Virus record (IMG/VR): IMGVR_UViG_3300034069_000182
Coordinates: 1 to 52,108 of that record
DNA from: a virus
Strand: one strand, 5' to 3'
DNA: 52,108 nt
Shown here: piece after piece, positions 21,597 through 31,202 of the stretch
Layout: the number at the start of each line of letters is the position of its first letter
How positions within the stretch are numbered: the stretch's first letter is position 1
The notes under the pieces: generated by a model
Database searches by the model: none
Told to the model about the DNA's origin: nothing
What the model saw: the letters and a program-made list of their open reading frames with translations, nothing else
Program-made: the position numbers and the translations under genes

Positions 21597-24068
21597 GTGG
21601 CTGCAGGGAAAGAGGTCGGCCGCCTAAGTATCAAGGTGACCCCTGACCTCGACGGGTTCTACCGAGATCTGAAGGCCGCGGTCGACGCCGCCGAGAAGAT
21701 GAAGGTCAAGATCCCGGTCGAGCCGGACATGGGCAACTTCCGGCAGGAGGTGGCCGCCAGCACCGCCGGTATGACCGCCAGGGTCAAGGTCCGTGCCGAC
21801 GTGGACAGAGGCCTGCTGGACCGCGTGGCGAACTCTCTGGGCAAGCTGGAAGCTCCGTCGTTCGGATCAGGAATCAACCCCACGGGGTACATGCTGATCC
21901 TCGGGGCAGCGGCGGCGCTGACTCCGCTGATCGCCGGGTCGCTGGGCGCTATCTCAGCCGCTCTTCTCACACTGCCCGGGCTGATCGCTGCAGTAGCCGT
22001 TCCCATCGGAGCACTCGCACTAGGCATCGACGGGTTCAAGCGCGCTGCCGAGAGGCTCAAGCCCGCGTTCGACGGGCTCAAAGAGTCGATGTCTGCCGCG
22101 GTCGAGAACCAGTTCGGTCCGGTGTTCGACCAGCTCGGTAAGGCTATCCCGACCCTGGCCGCGAACCTGCCCAAGGTCACTCAGGGCATGGCGGATGTCG
22201 CCAAGTCGATCGTCGACTCGGTCACTTCCGGCGAGGGTCTCGGACGTATCGAGTCTCTAATCTCGAACATCGGCGCGGCTATCTCCCGATCCGCTCCCGG
22301 CCTCACATCGTTCGTCGACGGACTGCTGAACCTCGCTGAGAAGTTCAGCGGCAAGCTCCCTGCTATCGCCGACTGGATCAACCGCACAGGCGAGTCCTTC
22401 TCGAAGTGGGTCACGGACTTCACGACAGCGGGGCCGGACGGCGTGTCGAAGTTCGACAACGCTATGTCGGGTCTGGGTGACACGCTGCAGATGCTTGGCG
22501 GCGGACTGGTCGACATCCTAAACAAGTCCCTGGAGTTCTTCTCCGACCCACAGAAGATCCAGTCCTTCAAAGCGGAGCTCGACGGGTTGATCGCCTCGAT
22601 CTCCACACTCGTCGACGTGGTCAACGGCCTGGCATCGGCGTTTTCTCGGGTCCCCGGGCTGTCGGACGGTGAGGCGAACTCCCCCTTCGACTTCGCGCCG
22701 ATCCAGATTCAGGGCGCGATCGAGCTGATCAAGCAGATCCCGACCGCCTGGGAGGGCGTCAAGCTCAAGGCCGCCGAGGTGTGGAACTCGATTCCTACTA
22801 TGGCCGCTACAGCCATCGCCTCGATCCGGGCGACCCTGGCTACGCTGCCCGGCCTGTTGTCGGGGATCTGGGCCACGGTCACGGCCAGCGCTTCGTCAGC
22901 GTTCGCCACCATCGGCGCGGCCGTCTCGGCAGGCGCGCGCAGCGTAGTCAACACCGCGGGCAACATCTTCCGCTCGATGGGCTCGGTCATCGCCAACGCC
23001 TTCTCGGCGGCGGTGTCTGCGGTACAAACCGCGTTCTCCCAGATGGTCTCCGCAGCCGCCTCTGGCGCGCAGCAGGTTGTGGCGGAGGTCCAAGCTCTCG
23101 GCGGGAAGATCGCCGCCGCTGCTGGTAACTTCGGCTCGATCCTGGTGGCCGCAGGTAAAGCCCTGATGGACGGCCTGCTGTCCGGTATCAAGGCGGGCCT
23201 CTCTGCGGTACTGGACTTCGCGTCCGGCATCGCCGCCAAGATTGCCGCGGTCAAGGGTCCGCTCCCGAAGGACCGTAAAGAGCTGATCCCCGCCGGCGAG
23301 GCCCTGATGGAAGGCCTCGGTACCGGCATCGAGAACGGCCTGGACCCGGTCCTGGATCGCGCCCGTGAGATCGCTAAGCAGATCTTCTCAGCGTTCAAAG
23401 AGACGTTCGGCACCGCTCCCACGTCGCTGGCGTTCAACCTCGGCAGCATGCAAGGCGACCTCAGCGGGTTGCAGACATCGCTGGAATCGACCGCTACCGC
23501 CTCTAGGGATCTGACCTCGTCCCTGACAACGCCTACCGCAGAGCTCGCCTCCGGATCATCGCTTCTGGGCGACGACGTCAAAGACCAGCTCGACGAGCTC
23601 AAGTTGGCGTACGACCAGCTAGAGCTGCAGCGTAAGCAGCTCAAGGTCCAGAAGAACGAGGCCGGGTCTAAAGAGGACAAGGCCGCGATCCAGGACAAGA
23701 TCGACGCCCTCCAGGCCGAGAAGGACAAGCTGGCCTACCAGAAGGACCAGCTCAAGATCCAGCAGAAGCAGACCGGGCAGATGGGCGAGCAGAAGACGCT
23801 AGCCCAGTTCCTCGGTGAGCAGATCGCTTCGACCTGGCAGCAGGGTACCGACGCTGTCGCCGGGTTCGCTCGGTCCAACCTCGACCAGGCGATGAGCGAC
23901 CTCGGCATCGGCGGGGGCGCGATCACCAACGGTCTGAACGCTGGCCTCGACTGGGGAGTGCAGGCGCTCGGGAACGTCATGAACATCCAGGTCAACTCGG
24001 TTGACGACGCTATCGCGGTGAAGAACAACGAGGTCGCTAAGCAGGCCTTGACTTACACACGCCGCTAA
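21597..24068 (+). CDS. Tape measure protein
   Basis: ORF track, 823 aa. Ala/Gly/Ser-rich and helical. Synteny. Confidence 0.85.
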   Translation: MAAGKEVGRLSIKVTPDLDGFYRDLKAAVDAAEKMKVKIPVEPDMGNFRQEVAASTAGMTARVKVRADVDRGLLDRVANSLGKLEAPSFGSGINPTGYMLILGAAAALTPLIAGSLGAISAALLTLPGLIAAVAVPIGALALGIDGFKRAAERLKPAFDGLKESMSAAVENQFGPVFDQLGKAIPTLAANLPKVTQGMADVAKSIVDSVTSGEGLGRIESLISNIGAAISRSAPGLTSFVDGLLNLAEKFSGKLPAIADWINRTGESFSKWVTDFTTAGPDGVSKFDNAMSGLGDTLQMLGGGLVDILNKSLEFFSDPQKIQSFKAELDGLIASISTLVDVVNGLASAFSRVPGLSDGEANSPFDFAPIQIQGAIELIKQIPTAWEGVKLKAAEVWNSIPTMAATAIASIRATLATLPGLLSGIWATVTASASSAFATIGAAVSAGARSVVNTAGNIFRSMGSVIANAFSAAVSAVQTAFSQMVSAAASGAQQVVAEVQALGGKIAAAAGNFGSILVAAGKALMDGLLSGIKAGLSAVLDFASGIAAKIAAVKGPLPKDRKELIPAGEALMEGLGTGIENGLDPVLDRAREIAKQIFSAFKETFGTAPTSLAFNLGSMQGDLSGLQTSLESTATASRDLTSSLTTPTAELASGSSLLGDDVKDQLDELKLAYDQLELQRKQLKVQKNEAGSKEDKAAIQDKIDALQAEKDKLAYQKDQLKIQQKQTGQMGEQKTLAQFLGEQIASTWQQGTDAVAGFARSNLDQAMSDLGIGGGAITNGLNAGLDWGVQALGNVMNIQVNSVDDAIAVKNNEVAKQALTYTRR

Positions 24069-24081
24069 CTTGAAACGTAAC
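24069..24081 (+). promoter_or_regulatory. Stoperator 13-mer (variant)
   Basis: CTTGAAACGTAAC, immediately after the tape measure stop and followed by GAGGAG. Confidence 0.75.
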
Positions 24082-24091
24082 GAGGAGTTAC

Positions 24092-26149
24092 ATGGCTTCC
24101 AGACTGCTGGACCCCGATACCCTCGTCGAACTCGAAGGTGTCAACGGTGAGTGGTTCGACCTCACCAACGGCACCGAGGGGATCTACCTCGCTACCGAGG
24201 TGACGGGTCTGCTCGACCCTCCGGTGAAGGCGACGTACGAGGAGCCGGGGAACTTCCCCGGCGCTCGGTACCTGAACCACCGAGTCCTCCGACGCGACCT
24301 GGTGTTCGGCGTCGAGATCCTCAACGACGAGAACGACGAGACCTGGCTGCGCCGGGATTCGGCGTGGCGCAAAGCGTGGTCGTTCAAGCGCGACGCGAAG
24401 CTCCACATCACCACCGGAGAGTCCGGGCACCGCTACCTGAAGGTGCGGCTGTTCGAGTCCCCGACGACTGACATGGTCACCGACCCGCGAGGTCGCGAGG
24501 TCAACATTACGAAGATGGTCGTCGTCGCGGGCGACCCGTTCTGGTACGAGGACGATGTCGTCTACCCGATCGAGGTCCAAGAGGATACGACGTTCGACCC
24601 GAACCCGCTTCCGTGGCCGTGGCCGCAGCCGGAGCTTCCGGTCGAGGACATCGAGATCACGGTCCCGAACGCGAACCCGACGGATAACATCATCTGGCCG
24701 AAGTGGACGCTGCCCGGGTCGTCGGAGAAGCCTGCCGAACCGTACATCCCGGGGCTGCCGTGGCTCGGTGCTCCGAAGTCCCCGGCCACGCTGTGGACGG
24801 TCCCGGATTACAAGCTCGATCTCGACGAGGACGAGGACCCGTCGCTCGGCACCCGGCGTATCCGGATGCCTGGGCAGATCGGTGGTCTGCGCGTCGAGGA
24901 AGTCCAGCAGATCTACATCGACGGACGCCCGACCGGCGGCACGTTCAAGATCGGGTACGGCGATGAGTGGACCGAGCCGATCGCGTACAACGCGACGCCG
25001 AACGAGGTCCGCGCTGCGCTGATCGCGCTGGCGGGTATCTCCGCCAACGACGTCGAGGTGTCTCTCGGCGGGGCGACGAACGAGGTCCAGACGGTTCGCC
25101 TCAAAGGCGGCGCTCTGGGCGGCACGTTCACGCTGTCGCTGGGCTCGGAGACCACGGTCGGTATCCCGTTCAACGCCTCCGACGCCGACCTTCAGGGTGC
25201 GTTGGTGGGGCTGGATTCGATCGGGTCCGCTGACGTCAGGGTGAAGTCGACGAAGATCAACGAGGTCCAGGTGGTCGAGTTGGTCGGGGAACCGACCTCG
25301 GGTTCGTTCACGCTGACGCTCGACGGGCAGACCACGGCTCCGATCGCGTACAACGCGACGCCGGCTACGGTGGCGGCCCGGATCGCGGACCTGCCGAACA
25401 TCGACGGTAACTACGTCAAGGTCGAGGGTCTGAACGAGTGGTTCTACTCGCCGTACCGCATCACGTTCGGCGAAGCCCAGAGTCAGGGCGTCATCACCGA
25501 CATCATCTCGGGGATCATCGATTTCATCGGCGGCTTGTTCGGCGGTAACGCCTCGGGCAAAGGCGTCGGCGGTATCGACATCGACGAGATGACAGGTGAT
25601 GTCGGCACGCTCTCGGGGGGTGCTGGGCTCGATGTCCAGGTGACCACCGAACAGGACGGCGACCGGCTGTACGTCGTGTCGTTCCAGCGTGCTGCTGGCG
25701 GGTTGAACCTGCCGCAGCTGGTGGGTGACGCCTCTGGTCTGGAGGGCGATGACCTCTCGATCGAGACCGCTACCAACGTCGACGGCGGTCGCCCGTACGT
25801 CGTCCGGTTCACCGACGACCTGCAAGGCGTGGACGTCCCGACCATGACGGTCGATACGGACGATCTGACCGGCGGGTACGAGGTCGGAAGCCGCGTGGTG
25901 GTTCTCCGCGAGGGCTACACGTACCCGGCTGAGAACGTCGTCGTCGACTCCGATCCTCGCGAGGAGCAGGTGTCTTCGGAGTCTGGTTCCCCGATCTGGG
26001 AGCGGATGAACTCTGTCCGGTTCCTGCACTACATCCCGCCGTACACCGGCGAGGTCACGTTCAAGTTGTCCGTGTCCGGGGCTGTCCCCGGGCAGATTGC
26101 CACGCTGCGCCTTCCGCGCGCCTGGTCCCGTCCGTGGGGCCTAGAATAG
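24092..26149 (+). CDS. Minor tail protein with three tandem 60-aa modules
   Basis: ORF track, 685 aa. The 180-nt repeats are at 24899-25078, 25079-25258 and 25259-25438. Confidence 0.75.
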   Translation: MASRLLDPDTLVELEGVNGEWFDLTNGTEGIYLATEVTGLLDPPVKATYEEPGNFPGARYLNHRVLRRDLVFGVEILNDENDETWLRRDSAWRKAWSFKRDAKLHITTGESGHRYLKVRLFESPTTDMVTDPRGREVNITKMVVVAGDPFWYEDDVVYPIEVQEDTTFDPNPLPWPWPQPELPVEDIEITVPNANPTDNIIWPKWTLPGSSEKPAEPYIPGLPWLGAPKSPATLWTVPDYKLDLDEDEDPSLGTRRIRMPGQIGGLRVEEVQQIYIDGRPTGGTFKIGYGDEWTEPIAYNATPNEVRAALIALAGISANDVEVSLGGATNEVQTVRLKGGALGGTFTLSLGSETTVGIPFNASDADLQGALVGLDSIGSADVRVKSTKINEVQVVELVGEPTSGSFTLTLDGQTTAPIAYNATPATVAARIADLPNIDGNYVKVEGLNEWFYSPYRITFGEAQSQGVITDIISGIIDFIGGLFGGNASGKGVGGIDIDEMTGDVGTLSGGAGLDVQVTTEQDGDRLYVVSFQRAAGGLNLPQLVGDASGLEGDDLSIETATNVDGGRPYVVRFTDDLQGVDVPTMTVDTDDLTGGYEVGSRVVVLREGYTYPAENVVVDSDPREEQVSSESGSPIWERMNSVRFLHYIPPYTGEVTFKLSVSGAVPGQIATLRLPRAWSRPWGLE

Positions 26150-26167
26150 TCTGAAAGGCCAGGTCAG

Positions 26168-26350
26168 ATGGGTTTTACCCTCCGCCTGTTCGGCATCCCG
26201 GTCCTGAGCCTGGAGATCACCGGCGACGGCTCTGCCGAAGAGTACATCAGCCTCACGGGCGGCTCGTTCGAGCTGGCTCCCGAGGAGCCCGAGTACGACG
26301 AAGAGTACTACGAGGAAGACCGTAGCGGGTTCGGCTTCGGGGTGAGCTGA
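26168..26350 (+). CDS. Hypothetical acidic protein, 60 aa
   Basis: ORF track. The stop overlaps the next ATG. Confidence 0.5.
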   Translation: MGFTLRLFGIPVLSLEITGDGSAEEYISLTGGSFELAPEEPEYDEEYYEEDRSGFGFGVS

Positions 26351-28152
26351 TGCCAGCTCCCGCCGCAGACATGACAACCCTGGCGGGTCACCAGCAGCTC
26401 TGGGACACCGTCATGAAGCGCCGCCAGAAGCGGGAAGACGAGCGGATCGCACCGCCGTTGATCCGCCTCTGGGACGGCGACTACAAGCTCCGCGGCCAGC
26501 TCGTCGGGGAGCGCAGCCACAAGTTCGAGTTCATCGAGAACGAGACCGGCACCGCGTCGATCACGATCTCGCTGGACCACTACCTGGCGAAGTGGGTCGC
26601 GTCCCACAAAGGCCGCGCCCGCCGCAACGTCCACGTCTCGTTCGACAAGCAGGGTGCCCGGTGGACGGGCCGCATGGATCACTACGACATCGTCCGGACC
26701 AAAGAGGGCGACGTCTACATGGAGGTCGTGTTCAAGCACGACTACGAAGAGCTCAAGCACATCTACGTGTGGGCGAACCCGTTCCTGCGGCCCGAGTTCC
26801 AGTTCCCGAAGCTGTGGGTGATGTTCGGCCCCGCGAAGTGGGCGCTGCTGCTGACGCTGTTCGTCAACATCCTCCGCCTGGAGACCTCGCTGTGGACGCT
26901 ACCGGACAACCCTCTGGACATCTCCGAGTGGTTCCCGTTCTCGCTGAACCCCGGTAACTGGCGCAACATCGTCAAGCCGTTCCCGTTCCTCGCGGACAAC
27001 TCTCCGCTGACGATCGTGTTCTCCCGGTTCAAGTCGTTCCACGACACCGCGAAGAACGTCCTGGCCGACTCGCAGCTCACCATCGTGTGCCGACGGTACT
27101 TCCACGGCGAGGACCCGCACCCGTTCGCGGAGCTGTCCGGTGAGCTGGGGCTGCCGCTGATCGAGGGTATCGCCTCGCTGATCCCGCTGCGCCACGGCTG
27201 CCTGGTCTGGGACATCGTCGACAACTCCGGGTGGGGTTCGGAGACAGCGTTCGGCGGGTCGCTGCTGACCGGTCTGGTCCGCGCGGTGATGAACATCGCG
27301 TCGGACGGCATGACCGAGGGCATCGACATCTACACCGGGCTGCCGACCTACCCGGGTGAGTACTACACCCCCGGGTTCCTCGGGACGTACCCGAAGGCTC
27401 CGCACGTGGTGTTCATGGAGTCCCCGTACACAGGCATTGAGTCCTCGAAGTTCACGTACACCGAGGCCACGGACACGTCGTTCGTGCTCGGAGGGCAGTC
27501 GATGCCCGGGGTGAACGAGATCATCTCAGCCGGCATCAACATGGGCGGCGACTTCCTGACGTCGCTGATCAACTCCCAGCTAGCCACGCTCGGCGCGTTC
27601 GGCGGCGCGATCGACCTACCGCCGCTCGGCGGCATCATGGACGCGGTCGCCCGTCCGCTGTACGAGAACGTGATCCTCGCGTTCATGGAGATTCCCACGC
27701 TCCGCGCAGCAGGCCTGAGCCTGCCGATCGCTGGGCTAGAGGACATCGTCACCGGCCTCGGGGACTTCCACTACAACGAGGGCTGGGTCGACGGCGCTGA
27801 CAAAGCGTTCACGATCTCCGCGATCATGGCGGCCCGCGCTAAGCAGTGGGCTACCCGGGCGAAGCACTCGCACGAGATCCAGGTGTCCGACGCTGCCCCG
27901 TACATCATCGGTGAGCGTGGTCATGGGCATTTCTGGCTCGGTGACCGGGTCGGTACCACGGTCCTCGGCTACCCCGATCCGTACACGATCTTCGTGGAGC
28001 GGGTCACCAAGCTCACCTACGAGTGGGGTACCGACGGCCCGAAGGGCTGGACCATCACGATCGGTTACAAAGAGCCGGAGGACCCGATCCTCAAGGCGTT
28101 CGAACTGATCCAGTACATCAACTCCAACCTCGGACAGCTCGGAATTTTGTAG
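26350..28152 (+). CDS. Minor tail protein
   Basis: ORF track, 600 aa. Synteny downstream of the tape measure gene. Confidence 0.75.
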   Translation: MPAPAADMTTLAGHQQLWDTVMKRRQKREDERIAPPLIRLWDGDYKLRGQLVGERSHKFEFIENETGTASITISLDHYLAKWVASHKGRARRNVHVSFDKQGARWTGRMDHYDIVRTKEGDVYMEVVFKHDYEELKHIYVWANPFLRPEFQFPKLWVMFGPAKWALLLTLFVNILRLETSLWTLPDNPLDISEWFPFSLNPGNWRNIVKPFPFLADNSPLTIVFSRFKSFHDTAKNVLADSQLTIVCRRYFHGEDPHPFAELSGELGLPLIEGIASLIPLRHGCLVWDIVDNSGWGSETAFGGSLLTGLVRAVMNIASDGMTEGIDIYTGLPTYPGEYYTPGFLGTYPKAPHVVFMESPYTGIESSKFTYTEATDTSFVLGGQSMPGVNEIISAGINMGGDFLTSLINSQLATLGAFGGAIDLPPLGGIMDAVARPLYENVILAFMEIPTLRAAGLSLPIAGLEDIVTGLGDFHYNEGWVDGADKAFTISAIMAARAKQWATRAKHSHEIQVSDAAPYIIGERGHGHFWLGDRVGTTVLGYPDPYTIFVERVTKLTYEWGTDGPKGWTITIGYKEPEDPILKAFELIQYINSNLGQLGIL

Positions 28153-28160
28153 CAGCCGAG

Positions 28161-28173
28161 CTTGATACGTAAC
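28161..28173 (+). promoter_or_regulatory. Stoperator 13-mer (variant)
   Basis: CTTGATACGTAAC upstream of 28190..28636. Confidence 0.75.
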
Positions 28174-28189
28174 GAAGAGAGCCCGCCAC

Positions 28190-28636
28190 ATGCACAAACC
28201 TCTGACCCAAGAACACGCCGACCCGGACAAGCCGGAGGAAGCCCTTGCCTGGGCTTTCTGGGGACTCCCTCACCCGTCCGGAGGCCATTCGCTGTCTAAC
28301 CCGGTGATGGCCAAATACTGGTCAAAGCACTTCACGGAGCTCGGGATTGTGCATGTGGACTCTCTGCGCCGGCTCGCTGACGAGAACGGGAACATCCACG
28401 TCAGCAAGCTGCCTCAGCAGACCAAGAAGTTCCAGGCTCCCGCCCGCGGGCCGCGGAGCCACTACAACCCCGCTGCGCAGTGGGTTCCCTCGGATACCCC
28501 GGAGCCTCCGAAGTTCCGTGTCCAAGATCCTCGGACGCTCACCCAGCAAGAGCAGCAAGCCCAGCTCGACATCTACAAGCAAATGGGCCTGATTCCTACC
28601 GCACCCCTGCCGCAGCATCAGGCTGCGGTCGAATGA
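28190..28636 (+). CDS. Hypothetical / minor tail protein, 148 aa
   Basis: ORF track. Confidence 0.6.
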   Translation: MHKPLTQEHADPDKPEEALAWAFWGLPHPSGGHSLSNPVMAKYWSKHFTELGIVHVDSLRRLADENGNIHVSKLPQQTKKFQAPARGPRSHYNPAAQWVPSDTPEPPKFRVQDPRTLTQQEQQAQLDIYKQMGLIPTAPLPQHQAAVE

Positions 28637-28647
28637 GAGGCCCGCTT

Positions 28648-28980
28648 ATGCCAGACCTGGAAGACACCCAGCCGTTGCACGTGTCTGACCTGCCTACCGA
28701 AGAGATGGACCTCGCTGAGCTGAACACAGGCGGCTTCGAGATCCCGCACCTGGGCTGGGACCTGGACAAAGACGGTGACATCGAAGGCATCGAGGAGTAC
28801 GTCCCCGAGCCTGCGGTGCTGCGCGGCGCTGTGGCCGCGGGACTGGGCTTCGCCGGGTTCGTCCTCGGTAAGACGTTCGACGTCTCGTGGATCGATCAGG
28901 CGGTCGCTATCTACGCGGTGGCTGCACCGTTCGTCCTCGGATTCGTGATCCGCCGCCACGTCACCCCTACGAAACGGTGA
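28648..28980 (+). CDS. Membrane protein, 110 aa (two C-terminal hydrophobic helices)
   Basis: ORF 28480..28980 trimmed to the ATG at 28648, after GAGAGGCCCGCTT. Contains AVAAGLGFAGFVLG and AIYAVAAPFVLGFVI. Confidence 0.55.
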   Translation: MPDLEDTQPLHVSDLPTEEMDLAELNTGGFEIPHLGWDLDKDGDIEGIEEYVPEPAVLRGAVAAGLGFAGFVLGKTFDVSWIDQAVAIYAVAAPFVLGFVIRRHVTPTKR

Positions 28981-29324
28981 CCGAGGTCCTGGATTGGTTG
29001 GCGGTGGCTAGCGGTCCTGCGGGCATCGCGATCGGTATCTACGGCGAGAAGTGGCGCTCCCGGCGACGGGAGCCCGCCGAGATCGAGAAGACCGAGGCGG
29101 AGGCCTCGCAGATCTTCGTCGAGACCGCGGTGGCTCTGATCGCCCCGCTCAAAGCGGAGATCGCGGACCTGACCGTGCGCGTCAACCAACTCGAAGAAGA
29201 GAACTACACGACCAAGACCCGGCTGCAGCTGTCGATCGATTACATCCGCGTCCTGCAGTCGTGGATCAGTAAGCACATCCCGGGACGGAAGCCTCCGGCT
29301 CCCCCGGCCGAACTGCTGCTCTGA
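28977..29324 (+). CDS. Membrane-anchored coiled-coil protein, 115 aa
   Basis: ORF 28887..29324 trimmed to the GTG at 28977 (GTGA overlap). N-terminal hydrophobic segment WLAVASGPAGIAIGIYG, then helical heptads. Confidence 0.5.
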   Translation: MTEVLDWLAVASGPAGIAIGIYGEKWRSRRREPAEIEKTEAEASQIFVETAVALIAPLKAEIADLTVRVNQLEEENYTTKTRLQLSIDYIRVLQSWISKHIPGRKPPAPPAELLL

Positions 29325-29325
29325 A

Positions 29326-29338
29326 CTTGATATGTAAC
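29326..29338 (+). promoter_or_regulatory. Stoperator 13-mer (variant)
   Basis: CTTGATATGTAAC, followed by GGAGG and the GTG at 29349. Confidence 0.7.
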
Positions 29339-29348
29339 GGAGGTCTTA

Positions 29349-31202
29349 GTGGCTGACGACCAGTGGGTGCCTGACGTTCCAGACGGCGCGTTCGTCATCG
29401 GCGGCGGTGACTACCGCTACGGCCAGGACATGACCGAGGACATCGCCCGGTCGCTGTTCCAGGTCCCGGACTTCAACCCGGCCAACGCGCTGCTGGTGCT
29501 GCCGCAGCTGCTGCTGCGCCTGCCGCTGGAAGCGCTGCAGAAGTTCAAAGACTTCATCCCGAACGCGTTGGAAGGCGCGTTCAACACCGTAGCCGGCGCG
29601 GTCGACGCCATCATGGGTGCGATCCGCGAGACCCCGCGGGTGCTGGAGCAGATCCTCTCGTACCTGCCGCAAGAGTTGCGCGACGAACTGGAGCACGCCG
29701 CTGCGCGTATCGGCGCGGTGATCGACGCGATCGTCCAGGCGCTCACCGGCACCTTGAACATCGGTCACACGATCGAAGACCTGATCTTCTCGCTGACCAA
29801 CATCCGGCCCGGTGCGGTCGGCGGTGTGCTGGGCGGCGGGTCGATCGAAGAGACCATCAAGCGCATCGTCGATGCGATCGTCTCGGGCATCGTCGGGGTC
29901 ACCGGCATCGGTGCGGGGATCTCGGATCTCCAGTCGCTGATCGAGCAGATCTCCTCGGCGGCTGCCCGCGGCGGGTTCGCCTGGGACATCCTCGGTATCC
30001 AGAACAACAAGAAGCCGAAGTCCGGACTGTACAAGTCCGAGCGCGGCAACTTCGACCTGGACACCCTGAACTCCACGGTCTCGGTCTCCCCCGGCACCTC
30101 GATCATCGCGTTCGATGTCATCGAGCAGTCGATGCCTATCGGCCTGATCACCTGGATCGGCTGGGGCACCTCGGGCATCACCGAGTTCTACATCAACGTC
30201 TACCGCTGCGTCGACGACCGCTCCGATCCGGAGCTGGGCGAGCTGATCCACCAGTCCGAGAACATCGCGGGTCTGCTGGCGGGCTCCGCGTCCCCCGGCG
30301 CGAACATGGCTTACGAACTCACTACCCCGATCGCGGCTGTAGCCGGCGACCTGCTGGCGTACGAGTTCATCGCCGTCGGCGGCACGCACACGATGCGCGG
30401 CCGGGACTTCAACCTCCCGGACAACGACGGCGCTCCGATCGGCAACGTCGGGGCCACCCGCTCGCTGTCGACGCCTTCTCTTCCCCCGGCCACCCTGGAC
30501 AAAGCCGACGTCACCTGGACCGACAACGTCCCCCGCGTCGGTATCGCGGTGGACACCGGCACCGGCTCGGATCACCACGACCCGCAGGTCGAGTTCTTCG
30601 AGAAGCCTGTAGCTATCCCGGTACCGGCGTGGTGCGACCGCATCGACGCGATCGTCACCGGTAAGGGCGGCGAGGGTGCCGACGGGTTCCTCGGGTTCTA
30701 CGGCAACCCCGGTCAGCCTGGTGGCGTCAACACCGTGACCTGGACCCGTGGTGAGCACTTCTCCGGCACCACCACGATCTTGGAGTGGGATGGCGCTGAG
30801 CTGTCGATCCCCGGGTTCGAGGTGTCCGCTGCTAACGGCTCTAACGGCTCCGGTCAGCGCCCTGTGGCGCTCGGCAAGCCGGTCGGTAAAGGCATCGAGG
30901 AAGTCGAATACAACGGCCTGAAGCTGGCCGCTGGCGGTGATCAGCACGCGTACGGCGGCGCTGGTACCAAGCCTGGCGGCGGCGGTAACGGCGGTCACTG
31001 GCTCGGTATCTACACCCAAGGCGGTCCCGGTGGGCCCGCGTGCGCGGCTGTCCAGTTCCGCAAGGGCGCTCTGCCCGGTGAGGTCGTGGGCGACGGCGAA
31101 GGCGACGTGACGCCTCCGAACACCTCCGCGCTGCACGTCGACGTGTCTGCGACGTCCACCTCGATCACTATCACACCCTCGGGAGCTGTCGACGATGCCT
31201 AG
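29349..31202 (+). CDS. Minor tail protein (Gly-rich C-terminus)
   Basis: ORF track, 617 aa. Confidence 0.7.
   Translation: MADDQWVPDVPDGAFVIGGGDYRYGQDMTEDIARSLFQVPDFNPANALLVLPQLLLRLPLEALQKFKDFIPNALEGAFNTVAGAVDAIMGAIRETPRVLEQILSYLPQELRDELEHAAARIGAVIDAIVQALTGTLNIGHTIEDLIFSLTNIRPGAVGGVLGGGSIEETIKRIVDAIVSGIVGVTGIGAGISDLQSLIEQISSAAARGGFAWDILGIQNNKKPKSGLYKSERGNFDLDTLNSTVSVSPGTSIIAFDVIEQSMPIGLITWIGWGTSGITEFYINVYRCVDDRSDPELGELIHQSENIAGLLAGSASPGANMAYELTTPIAAVAGDLLAYEFIAVGGTHTMRGRDFNLPDNDGAPIGNVGATRSLSTPSLPPATLDKADVTWTDNVPRVGIAVDTGTGSDHHDPQVEFFEKPVAIPVPAWCDRIDAIVTGKGGEGADGFLGFYGNPGQPGGVNTVTWTRGEHFSGTTTILEWDGAELSIPGFEVSAANGSNGSGQRPVALGKPVGKGIEEVEYNGLKLAAGGDQHAYGGAGTKPGGGGNGGHWLGIYTQGGPGGPACAAVQFRKGALPGEVVGDGEGDVTPPNTSALHVDVSATSTSITITPSGAVDDA

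Noticed and set aside
24065-26029. 654-aa minus-strand ORF opposite the minor tail gene
   Set aside because: Same antisense artefact, with extreme Arg/Asp/Val content. The + strand gene has the repeat modules and correct synteny.
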